Source: Alphaproteobacteria bacterium (GTDB lineage: Bacteria > Pseudomonadota > Alphaproteobacteria > UBA7887). Taken from it: a stretch of 64,000 nt of DNA. Made by a program: the position numbers and the translations under genes. The stretch lies in the NCBI GenBank assembly GCA_965216755.1, contig CBDCGL010000011.1, forward strand, positions 1,824,001-1,888,000, given 5' to 3'. Positions 8,938-18,142 of the stretch are shown here, one piece after another (the first letter of the stretch is position 1; every line of letters starts with the position of its first letter). A model generated the notes under the pieces. The model made no database searches, was not told the DNA's origin, and worked only from the letters and a program-made list of their open reading frames with translations.

Positions 8938-11667
8938 TTATCGTTCCCGCCCCAGGATGGCGGCCCGCAGGCGATGGGGCAAGACCGGAACGCAAGTCAT
9001 ACGCACGCCGGTGGCATGGCGGATCGCGCCCAGTATGGCCGGTGCGGTCGGCGCCAATCCCGGTTCGCCGACACCTTTCGCGCCAAACGGACCGGCCGGT
9101 TCCGGATCTTCGATCAAATAGATATCGATCGACGGCACGTCACCGAAAGTCGGTACCAAGTAATCGTGAAGGTTTGCGGTCCGGCCAGGCTCGTACGATT
9201 CCATGAGCGCCATGCCAAGCCCCTGCGCGATACCACCCTCAATCTGCCCCTCGACCAGGGTCGGATTTATCGCGCGACCAACATCATGAGCGGCCCACAT
9301 GTGCCGCACTTTGGTCAAGCCTAGCGCCAGGTCGACATCGACCATGGCAATTTGCGCGCCGAACGCATATGTCGCATAGGGATCACCTTGGCCATCGGCA
9401 TCCATCAATGTGGTCGGCGGATCGAAAACGCCGTCGGCATACATAACCAATCCATCGGCGTCGGCATCCAGCGCCGCGAGATCAAGCCTGTGGGATTGGC
9501 GTCCGTCACTGATCGTCAGAGCGCCGTCGCCCGCATGGATCGTCGCGCCGTCGCCGGCATTCACACAGCGCAAAATCTGCCGCCGCAGTGCCGCGCCGGC
9601 TTCTGCGGCAGCCCGGCCACTGACAAAAGTTTGTCGTGATGCCGAAGTCTTGCCCGCATCCGCCGTGTGGTCGGTATCCCCTACCACTTGCCGAATTGCG
9701 TCGAGCGGTACGCCGATCGCATCTGCGGCGATTTGCGCCAACACCGTGGTGGAGCCCTGGCCGATATCCACCGCGCCATTGGCCAGCCGGATCGCACCGT
9801 CGCGGGTCACGCCAAGGCGGATGGTGGAGGGATTCGCCATCGCCGTGTTGCCGATGCCATACCACATGCATCCGATACCAACCCCGCGTCGCCACCGCAT
9901 GGCTGTGTCGTTGTAACGCCGCGCATCTCGACATGCGTCACGCCAAGCTGGCGCCAACGCGTCGAGGCAGGCCTGGAGCCCGACGCTGGTAGGGAGCGTT
10001 TGGCCGGTGGCGGAGCGGTCGCCCGCCCGTAGCGCATTGCGGCGGCGAAAGGCGAACCGATCGATGCCAAGCGCCAGGGCCAAATCGTCCATCATGGCCT
10101 CGTGCGCAATGGCCGCTTGCGGGACACCGAACCCGCGAAACGCGCCACTCGGCGGCATATTGGTGTAGACGGCGCGGCCACGGTGCGAAACGTTGGGCAC
10201 GCGATACGGCCCGCTGGCGTGAATGGGCACGCGGCCCGCCACAGTCGGCCCCCACGATGCGTAGGCACCTGTATCAAAGGTCGCATCGACCGTCGCGGAC
10301 ACCAATACGCCCTCGCGATCACAAGAAAATCGCGCCGCAATCCGGGCCGGATGGCGCTTGGTTGTTGCGGCCATACTCTCAGCGCGGTCATAGACGCAGG
10401 CGACCGGTCGGTCTGAGTCCAAAGCGGCGCGCGCGATCAAGGCGTGAACAGACAAATCCAGCTTGCCACCAAATCCACCGCCACAGGCAGTGGGTATGAT
10501 ACGCACATTTTGTGGGCTCATATTTAAGATGTGGGCGACTTCGTCCCGATCCATATATGGTGTTTGTGTACTGACATGGATTTCGACCCGGTCGCCCTGG
10601 CGCACCGCCCATCCAGCTTCGGGCTCGATATAGGCGTGCTCGACACGACTGGTTTCGAAAGTGCCTTCGGCGACAAGTGCGTCAGCATTGTCGACCATGT
10701 CGCCCGATTTCACGCGACCGGAAATCAGTATATTGCCTGTGCAATCTTCGTGAACCAAGGGCGCGCCGGGCGCCAATGCTGCATCGAGGTTGGATACCGC
10801 GTCGATAGGCACATAAGAGATCGGCAAGCTTTGATCAGGTAGATCGGCGATGGCGTCTTGCGTACCGACCAAGGCCAAGACGGCTTCGCCCAGATAGCGA
10901 ACCAACCCGTCGGCCAACACGGGCTGGTCCCTCAGTTCTGGATAGATCCCGAACCGGTTGATGGGGATATGATTCGCGGTCAGGATTTGGCTGAGTCCCG
11001 GCGTCGTCGTCACGATGCCCCGCATATCCCCGAGGGTCACCCGCGCCGCAGCATGCGGCGATCTGACAACGCGCAGCCACAAGGCGTCGCGCGGCACATT
11101 GTCGGCACCAAAAACGTCGCTGCCGTTGACCTTAGCGGGACCATCAAGCCGCGTGACGCGGGCACCCACGGCCACGTCCGCCGGTGGCTCGACCCCTACT
11201 CTCGCCCCAGCGTCAGAAACCGCGGCGATGATCTTTCGATATCCCGTACAGCGACATAAGACACCGCCGAGGGCTATTTCAATCTGTGCAGCAGTCGGAT
11301 GCGGATGTCGCGCCAGCAGAGCCGTGGCCGCCATCAACATTCCCGGTGTGCATATGCCACATTGCGCGGCACCGTGACGCAAAAACGCCTTCTGCAAGGG
11401 GTTCAAAATGCCATCTTGCGCCAACCCTTCGACGGTGCGGACGGTACAGCCGGCCACTTGTCCTAGTGCCACTAGACATGCACAACGCGCCGCATCCTCC
11501 ACCAATACCGTACAGGCGCCACAGTCGCCGGCATCGCAGCCGACTTTGGTTCCGTAAAGACCGAATTCGTCGCGTAAGACGTTCGACAAGCGCGCCATCG
11601 GCGCGCTGTGCGCCTTGACGTCACGCCCGTTGAGACGAAAGTCGATGCCATGGGACCGTGCCATCAT
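8938..11667 (-). CDS. Xanthine-dehydrogenase-family fused (2Fe-2S)+molybdopterin subunit, probable nicotinate dehydrogenase
   Basis: GCDAGDCGACTV and QCGICTPG..CRCTGY Fe-S motifs fused to Mo domain (GGGFGGK, AFRGFG, GQIEGG, GAKGVGE); adjacent to hnr. Confidence 0.88.
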   Translation of the reverse strand: MMARSHGIDFRLNGRDVKAHSAPMARLSNVLRDEFGLYGTKVGCDAGDCGACTVLVEDAARCACLVALGQVAGCTVRTVEGLAQDGILNPLQKAFLRHGAAQCGICTPGMLMAATALLARHPHPTAAQIEIALGGVLCRCTGYRKIIAAVSDAGARVGVEPPADVAVGARVTRLDGPAKVNGSDVFGADNVPRDALWLRVVRSPHAAARVTLGDMRGIVTTTPGLSQILTANHIPINRFGIYPELRDQPVLADGLVRYLGEAVLALVGTQDAIADLPDQSLPISYVPIDAVSNLDAALAPGAPLVHEDCTGNILISGRVKSGDMVDNADALVAEGTFETSRVEHAYIEPEAGWAVRQGDRVEIHVSTQTPYMDRDEVAHILNMSPQNVRIIPTACGGGFGGKLDLSVHALIARAALDSDRPVACVYDRAESMAATTKRHPARIAARFSCDREGVLVSATVDATFDTGAYASWGPTVAGRVPIHASGPYRVPNVSHRGRAVYTNMPPSGAFRGFGVPQAAIAHEAMMDDLALALGIDRFAFRRRNALRAGDRSATGQTLPTSVGLQACLDALAPAWRDACRDARRYNDTAMRWRRGVGIGCMWYGIGNTAMANPSTIRLGVTRDGAIRLANGAVDIGQGSTTVLAQIAADAIGVPLDAIRQVVGDTDHTADAGKTSASRQTFVSGRAAAEAGAALRRQILRCVNAGDGATIHAGDGALTISDGRQSHRLDLAALDADADGLVMYADGVFDPPTTLMDADGQGDPYATYAFGAQIAMVDVDLALGLTKVRHMWAAHDVGRAINPTLVEGQIEGGIAQGLGMALMESYEPGRTANLHDYLVPTFGDVPSIDIYLIEDPEPAGPFGAKGVGEPGLAPTAPAILGAIRHATGVRMTCVPVLPHRLRAAILGRER

Positions 11668-12518
11668 CCGCCGACGGCCGGTTGCCCACCCAACTTCGCA
11701 AGCGAATCAGCTACCATTCGTCGCGCCGCATCACAACGATAGGCGGCCGTGGCCCGAATGTCGTCAATCGGCGATAACGCGGCGAAATGGCTATCTTCGA
11801 CGATGTTGCCAAGTTCCGGCGCCAATGGCAGGCCCAACAATTGGGATTCCAATTGTTGCAGCCGGCGCACCGCGGGGCCGCAAGCACCAACTGCGACACG
11901 CGCGGCGGTCACGACGCCATCGTCGGCTTCAATCACAGTCGCCACGGCAATGATCGAAATGACCAAATTCTTGCGTGCCCCAAGCTTGCGAAAATCGCTC
12001 ACGGCCACGGACGCACGCGGTGTTGGTACCAGTACGGCCGTCATCAGTTGGTCCGGCCGCAAAACCGTTTGCCCCTTGCCTTGGATAAATGCTGATAACG
12101 GAATCTGAGTCACATCCGCGACCGATGTCAATTCTACGTGGGCATCCATCACCGACAGGGGTGGCACACCATCAGCTGCCGGCGATGCATTGCACAGATT
12201 GCCACACAACGTGCCGGCGTTCTGGATCTGTGGTCCGCCAATTTCGCGCGCCGCCGCACGCAAGCCGTCAAAGACCGGCGGCAAATCTGCCGCGTCGATG
12301 TCCGCCCATGTGGTTGTGGCGCCGATACGCCAGTGATCGGCTATGTACGCAATACCGCGCAGGCTGTCGATGCCCGTGATATCAAGAACCGCATCGGCAA
12401 GCGGCTGCGCCGCGCGCGCCGGAAAGAAATCCGTGCCGCCCGCCAAAACTGTCAGGTGTCGCGCGGCAAGCGCGGCTACGGCCTCATCAATGCTCTGCGG
12501 TCGCACATAATCCGCCAT
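11664..12518 (-). CDS. Xanthine-dehydrogenase-family FAD-binding subunit (NdhF-like)
   Basis: LAGGTD, GGPQIQNAGTLCGNLCNASPAAD, PIDDIRATAAYR; first gene of the coupled operon. Confidence 0.9.
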   Translation of the reverse strand: MADYVRPQSIDEAVAALAARHLTVLAGGTDFFPARAAQPLADAVLDITGIDSLRGIAYIADHWRIGATTTWADIDAADLPPVFDGLRAAAREIGGPQIQNAGTLCGNLCNASPAADGVPPLSVMDAHVELTSVADVTQIPLSAFIQGKGQTVLRPDQLMTAVLVPTPRASVAVSDFRKLGARKNLVISIIAVATVIEADDGVVTAARVAVGACGPAVRRLQQLESQLLGLPLAPELGNIVEDSHFAALSPIDDIRATAAYRCDAARRMVADSLAKLGGQPAVGG

Positions 12519-12715
12519 CGCGCCTTGGCTCCATCATCCCCGCATCTGGCCCTTCAACAGCCACGTAAGCCAAGTTTAGTTGCGACGAAGCCAGGGTCAA
12601 TCGATCAGAATGCGCAGCCTCACGCCGCCCGTTCCGTGTGTGTCGTTCTCAACCGCCAGGTCCACGCACCGCACGGCTAATGAATTTTAGACTACCGATA
12701 TGTCGGCGATGGCTT

Positions 12716-13219
12716 TCAGAGCAAAGCACCTTCGTGGCGCAAAAGCCATGCCTTGCGTTCGACACCGCTGGCATAGCCGGTCAATGTGCCATCATGACCA
12801 ATCACGCGATGACACGGCACAACGACGGCAACCGGATTTCGCCCGTTTGCCAAGCCCACCGCGCGGGACGCGCCCGGCTTACCCAATTTCTTTGCCAATT
12901 CACCATAGGATGTTGTCACGCCGACGGGGATTTTACGCAATTCATCCCATACGCGGCGCTGAAACGGCGTGCCGCCCGCGTCCACCTTAACCCCATCGAG
13001 CGCCCCCAAATCACCATCGAAATACGCCCGCAGTTGGCGACCAATCGCGGTTGGTGTCCGCGCTGCGATGATGCGCGCGTCCTTGAAGCGTTTTTTGACG
13101 ATGTCTTCTTTGCGCGCCCAGGTTTCGTCGAAACCGATGGCAACGACTCCATTGGGCCCGGACAGCGCGAATACTTTGCCAATTTGAGTCTCGATTTCAT
13201 CAACCACGATGTCCGTCAT
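12716..13219 (-). CDS. ogt: Methylated-DNA--protein-cysteine S-methyltransferase
   Basis: GTPFQRRVW, SYGELA, RAVGLANGRNP, PCHRV active site; start ATG 13219 after ggagg. Confidence 0.93.
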   Translation of the reverse strand: MTDIVVDEIETQIGKVFALSGPNGVVAIGFDETWARKEDIVKKRFKDARIIAARTPTAIGRQLRAYFDGDLGALDGVKVDAGGTPFQRRVWDELRKIPVGVTTSYGELAKKLGKPGASRAVGLANGRNPVAVVVPCHRVIGHDGTLTGYASGVERKAWLLRHEGALL

Positions 13220-14699
13220 CGCGACCTCCATACATCCAAAGATACATTGCGGCATAGGCGCGCCAGGGCCGCCAACGGCACGCGGCAGCAGCCAAATCCT
13301 CGCCATTGCCGCCCGTGCGCCGACGCCAGGCGCGGCGAAGGCCAAGATCCGTCTCAGGAAAGGCATCCGGCTCCCGCACCGCGCGCATGGCGATATAGTG
13401 GGCAGTCCACGGGCCGATTCCCGGCAATGACGTCAAACGCGCGATCGTGTCGTCCAGGTCGCGCGCCAGATCGGCAAAAAGATCATCGTCCGCCACAGCG
13501 CGGGCAAAGGCACGAATGGTTGTGGCACGCGCACCTGTCAAACCGATCGCAGATAAGTCCGCGTCGACCAAGTCCTTAGGGTTTGGAAACAGCCGGTATG
13601 GCGCAACTGTGTCGTTGAGGTCATCGAACTGACCGCCAAACCGGTCCACCAATCGTCCAGCTAACGTACTCGCGCCAGCGACGCTCACCTGTTGGCCGAG
13701 AATCGCGCGCACGCCGAGTTCGAATGGATCCCAGGCACCCGGCACGCGCATGCCCGCCAACCTTTCTGGCGCGCCACAGAGAACTGGATCGGCCGCCAAA
13801 TGCTCACAAATCGCACTTGGATCGGCGCCGAAGTCCATCAACCGACGCACGCGCTCCATAACATCGATCAGGTTAGCCGGTCCATCCACCGACACCGCTA
13901 CATTGAAATGCGCGCCGGCGCCGGCTGGTGAGACAGAAATCCTGCCGCGCGCCGCGCCAAGTTGGACCGTGCGGTGATACCCGGCTTCGGTCACGCTTTC
14001 CACGCCGGGAATCGCGCGGCCACGCAAATATCGGGCGACCGCCGGCCAGTCATATGGCGGTCGATAAGCCATCTTCAAAGTAATCGGCGCGCCCGCCGTG
14101 ATCTCCGATTCTGCCACGCGACGGCGGCGCAGATCACCTGGGGAAATCGCATACATCCGACGGAGCGCATCATTAAAGCGACGAACACTCGCAAACCCGG
14201 CCGCGTGCGCGACCTCGGTCATTGGCAGGCTCGTCTCGGTGATCAATTTTTTCGCAAACAACACCCGGCGCGCGACTGCAATGGCATTCGGCGCTGCGCC
14301 CAAGTGGTGCGAAAATAGGCGTCGAAGATGGCGCGCGCCGACGCCGAGGCGGTCCGCCAGCGCCTCGACAGAACCACCGTTGTCAAGTGCACCTTCACCG
14401 ATCAGACGCAATCCACGGGACACGGTCGCCGAGGCCCCCAGCCACGCCGGCGTACCTGGCGACGCTTCCGGGCGACAGCGCAAACACGGTCGAAAACCGG
14501 CCGCCTGAGCAGCCGCCGCGCTCGGCAAAAAAGTGCAATTCTCAAAGCGCGGGGTGCGCACCGGACAAACCGGTCGGCAAAAGATCCCGGTCGTACGCAC
14601 AGCCGTAAAAAAACGACCGTCAAAGCGCGCGTCCCGGCTCAGAACTGCCTGGTAGCAGGTTTCCGGATCCAAGGTCATGGCCACAGGTATAGCGGTCAT
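13200..14699 (-). CDS. alkA: Ada Zn/AraC-HTH fused to AlkA 3-methyladenine DNA glycosylase
   Basis: TTGIFCRPVC..FRPCLRCRP Zn domain, AraC HTH, AILGQQVS, LPGIGPWTAHY HhH motif, WRPWRAYA. Start could be ATG 14678. Confidence 0.92.
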   Translation of the reverse strand: MTAIPVAMTLDPETCYQAVLSRDARFDGRFFTAVRTTGIFCRPVCPVRTPRFENCTFLPSAAAAQAAGFRPCLRCRPEASPGTPAWLGASATVSRGLRLIGEGALDNGGSVEALADRLGVGARHLRRLFSHHLGAAPNAIAVARRVLFAKKLITETSLPMTEVAHAAGFASVRRFNDALRRMYAISPGDLRRRRVAESEITAGAPITLKMAYRPPYDWPAVARYLRGRAIPGVESVTEAGYHRTVQLGAARGRISVSPAGAGAHFNVAVSVDGPANLIDVMERVRRLMDFGADPSAICEHLAADPVLCGAPERLAGMRVPGAWDPFELGVRAILGQQVSVAGASTLAGRLVDRFGGQFDDLNDTVAPYRLFPNPKDLVDADLSAIGLTGARATTIRAFARAVADDDLFADLARDLDDTIARLTSLPGIGPWTAHYIAMRAVREPDAFPETDLGLRRAWRRRTGGNGEDLAAAACRWRPWRAYAAMYLWMYGGRDDGHRG

Positions 14700-14759
14700 C
14701 GCCGCCGCTGTCTGGCCGTTTTCGGACTCCGTTAGGACGTCATGTCCCGGCGCACACAG

Positions 14760-15041
14760 TCAACACTCGTTCACTTCGATTTCGCACGGTCGAAATGCGA
14801 ATCCGATGAATTCGTCGACCCAATCGGCGTAAAAGGCGCGCTCATCGACACAGTGGACCTTGGCAAATATGAACAATTGCCCGTCCACCTCGCGCTCCTC
14901 GACTTCATTGACAAACGCGACTTCGCAACCCAGTTCGATGAGCGCCTGTTCCTCCAACAACTCTTCCCAATTCGCCATGGCCGGCCCGGCCACAAAACCA
15001 GCCATTGAAATGGCGGCAGCAATCATAAACCTAGCTCGCAC
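14760..15041 (-). CDS. Small secreted acidic hypothetical protein with 4 Cys
   Basis: aaggaggg RBS then GTG at 15041; signal-peptide-like ...AGPAMA; Glu-rich mature region. Confidence 0.65.
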   Translation of the reverse strand: MRARFMIAAAISMAGFVAGPAMANWEELLEEQALIELGCEVAFVNEVEEREVDGQLFIFAKVHCVDERAFYADWVDEFIGFAFRPCEIEVNEC

Positions 15042-15189
15042 GTTCCGGCCCTCCTTGACATTGTGAATGGTCATTGTCCGATGTCGATTCAAGACGCCAG
15101 TGAGCCCGCCCGCGCGACCAAACGCGACAACCTGGATCAGCGACATCTTGCGTGTGTTTCACGGCAATGCTAAAAACCCAACCGAGCGT

Positions 15190-15204
15190 GAACATTTAGC
15201 GAAC
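15190..15204 (+). promoter_or_regulatory. Alphaproteobacterial LexA (SOS) box
   Basis: GAAC-atttagc-GAAC (GAAC-N7-GAAC) about 43 bp upstream of a DNA helicase start. Confidence 0.7.
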
Positions 15205-15246
15205 AACGTAACAGGACGCCAGCCGCAGGGGGCACGCGACGAACGG

Positions 15247-17331
15247 ATGGATGGAGCGCTGGCGACGCAAGCGGCGTCGTATCTCGACACCTTGAATGAA
15301 GGCCAGCGGGCCGCGGTCACACATGGCATTGATGCCCACACGGCAATGTCGGGCACGCCGCCTTTGTTGATCATCGCCGGCGCGGGTAGCGGCAAGACCA
15401 TGGCCCTCGCCCACAGGGTCGCCCATTTGATCGTCAATGGCGCCGATCCCGCGGCCATCTTGTTGCTTACCTTTACCCGTCGGGCGGCGCTTGAGATGAC
15501 GCGACGGGTCGAGCGTATTTGTGCCCGGGCGCTGGGTGCCGCGGCGCCCGCGCGCATACCGTGGGCAGGCACCTTCCACGGTATCGCCAATCGATTGTTG
15601 CGAAGTCACGCCGAGGCGATCGGACTTGACCCGGCATTTACCGTGCTCGACCGCGCCGACGCAGCCGATTTGATGAATTTGGTGCGAAGTGACCTTGGGT
15701 TCGCAACCAAGGCCAGTCGGTTTCCACGCAAAGACACTTGCCTGGCGATCTATTCGCATGTTGTCAATGCACGGCGCCCACTGTTCGATATTTTGGAAGA
15801 GGTGTTTCCATGGTGTGCGGATTGGGCGCACGATCTGCAATCTCTATTCGCCGGCTACGTTGACGCCAAACAAAACCGCAACGTCGCGGATTTCGATGAT
15901 TTGTTGCTTTATTGGCACCATATGATGTCTGACCCGGCTGTCGCCGCCGCGGTTGGCGCGGATTTCGATCACATTTTGGTCGACGAATACCAAGACACCA
16001 ATGCGCTGCAAGCGAACATATTGCGTGCGCTCAAACCGACCGGCGTGGGCGTCAACGTGGTCGGCGATGACGCCCAAGCTATCTACGGTTTTCGGGCGGC
16101 AACGGTGCGCAATATCCTCGACTTCCCGGACCAATTCGCGCCTAAGGTCGAGGTCTGCAAGTTGGAGCAAAATTATCGTTCCTCGCGCCCCATTCTTGAC
16201 GTCTGCAACGCTGTTATCGGTTTGTCGTCGATGGGATTTGATAAGAGCCTTTTTTCCACACGCACGTCATCGGAAAAACCTTACCTAATCACAGCTGCTG
16301 ATGAGACGGCACAGGTGGATTACGTGGTGAGCGAGATCTTGGCGGCGCGTGAGGCCGGTACGCTTCTCAAGGATCAAGCCGTTCTGTTTCGAACCAGTCA
16401 TCACAGCGACAGGCTCGAGGTTGAACTGGGCCGGCGGAACATTCCTTACGTGAAATTTGGCGGTCTAAAGTTCCTCGAAACCGGGCATATCAAGGACGTT
16501 ATTTGTGTGTTGCGCTGGGCGGAAAATCCGCGCGACGAGATTGCCGCGTTTCGGGTGCTGCAATTGCTGCCAGGGATTGGGCCCGTCCATGCACGACGCA
16601 TCTTCGATGCGGTGACAGCCACGGGCAGCGACATAAGACAACTCGCGGGATTGAGCGTGCCGATAGCGGCGAGAAACGATTGGCCGGCCCTGTGCACGTT
16701 GATGGCCGGGCTTATTGGCAAGGCCCTGTCTTTGGGTGATCAAGTCAGCCGTGCGCGTGACTGGTATAAGCCCCATTTGGAACGGGTCTATCAGGCGACG
16801 ATCGCGCGCGACGGCGACCTCGACCAACTGGAACATATCGCCAGCGGCTATCAAACACGTGAACAATTCTTGTCAGAGCTCGCGTTGGATCCACCAGCGG
16901 CCTCCGGCGATCACGCTGGCGCGCCGCTCTTGGACGAAGACTATCTGATCCTGTCTACGATCCACTCGGCCAAGGGCCAAGAGTGGGATAGTGTCTATTT
17001 GCTAAATGCCGCTGACGGTTGCATTCCGTCTGACATGGCGACCGGTAGTGCCGATCAAATTGAAGAGGAACGCCGCCTTCTTTACGTCGCAATGACTCGT
17101 GCGCGCCAATCGCTTCATTTGGTTCACCCGCTGCGCTTCTTCAAACACAATCAACCGCGCCACGGCGACAGCCACATGTTTGCGCCACGAACGCGTTTTA
17201 TCCCAGACGCGCTGCTGCCTCTATTTACGCGCAAACGCCAAAGCCATCGGCTCGACACCGGCGGGCGGGCCGAAAAATTGACCGCCCGCGTTGACGTCAA
17301 GGCCAAGATGCGCGCAATGTGGCAGGATTAG
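15247..17331 (+). CDS. UvrD/Rep-family ATP-dependent DNA helicase
   Basis: AGAGSGKT, LTFTRRAA, GTFH, VDEYQD, VGDDAQAIYGFR, LEQNYRS, STIHSAKGQEW, EERRLLYVAMTRA. Confidence 0.95.
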   Translation: MDGALATQAASYLDTLNEGQRAAVTHGIDAHTAMSGTPPLLIIAGAGSGKTMALAHRVAHLIVNGADPAAILLLTFTRRAALEMTRRVERICARALGAAAPARIPWAGTFHGIANRLLRSHAEAIGLDPAFTVLDRADAADLMNLVRSDLGFATKASRFPRKDTCLAIYSHVVNARRPLFDILEEVFPWCADWAHDLQSLFAGYVDAKQNRNVADFDDLLLYWHHMMSDPAVAAAVGADFDHILVDEYQDTNALQANILRALKPTGVGVNVVGDDAQAIYGFRAATVRNILDFPDQFAPKVEVCKLEQNYRSSRPILDVCNAVIGLSSMGFDKSLFSTRTSSEKPYLITAADETAQVDYVVSEILAAREAGTLLKDQAVLFRTSHHSDRLEVELGRRNIPYVKFGGLKFLETGHIKDVICVLRWAENPRDEIAAFRVLQLLPGIGPVHARRIFDAVTATGSDIRQLAGLSVPIAARNDWPALCTLMAGLIGKALSLGDQVSRARDWYKPHLERVYQATIARDGDLDQLEHIASGYQTREQFLSELALDPPAASGDHAGAPLLDEDYLILSTIHSAKGQEWDSVYLLNAADGCIPSDMATGSADQIEEERRLLYVAMTRARQSLHLVHPLRFFKHNQPRHGDSHMFAPRTRFIPDALLPLFTRKRQSHRLDTGGRAEKLTARVDVKAKMRAMWQD

Positions 17332-17631
17332 AACGTTCCACGCTGACGCACTTTGCGACCATATTATCGGACCGCTCGCCCGATGCGCGGGTGCGGCGGA
17401 TCGGACGTGCGCCCGATCTCGCATCGAACGCCGGAGCGAACGTCGGATCCATGAACCGCACGAGATCCGAAGATTTGGCTCGTGTCCTGACAGATCCGGC
17501 GTTCGCATCGCGATGGGGTCAGATGTGACAAACTTCGGATCCGGAACACGAGCATCACGCGCCACCACCCTTCGCGTAGACCGCCACGCCGGGCAGTCAA
17601 AAAAATCGTTTCAGGATGGACGGAAAGTGCC

Positions 17632-18015
17632 CTAGCCCGCGGCCGGCGTCGCCAATGCGATCGATGCGCCCGTCGGATCCGCGACCACCGCGATCCGCCC
17701 GACACCTTCGATATCAAACGGTGGCACCATTACCTTCCCACCGGCTGGTTCGACCTTCGCGACCGCCGAGTCCACATCGCTCACAGCGATATACGACATC
17801 CAATGCGGCGGCACGCCCTGCCACTGTGCGCCATCCATCTTCAGCATGCCGCCAACATCCTTGTCGCCCGAGACCCAAACCGTATAGGTGCCGGCACCGC
17901 CTGGCATTTCCATCGATTTGGACGTCCAACCAACGACTTCGCCATAGAACGTCTTGCAGCGATTCGGGTCGTTGGTCGCGAGCTCATTCCACCAAAATGT
18001 TCCATGCTCGGGCAT
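17632..18015 (-). CDS. VOC/glyoxalase family protein
   Basis: FWWNELAT..FY, WMSYIAVSDVD, GRIAVVADPTGA; ggagggag RBS. Confidence 0.9.
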   Translation of the reverse strand: MPEHGTFWWNELATNDPNRCKTFYGEVVGWTSKSMEMPGGAGTYTVWVSGDKDVGGMLKMDGAQWQGVPPHWMSYIAVSDVDSAVAKVEPAGGKVMVPPFDIEGVGRIAVVADPTGASIALATPAAG

Positions 18016-18142
18016 TCTTATCTCCCTCCATTGTGACCATGCAGTTTCATCTGCTTTTTAATGGTACGCCGCCTAACTGAGCCGGTGTTTAGTGTGCGCC
18101 TCAACGACCAGCCCGTCAACGACCGTCGCGCCGTGGCCGCGA

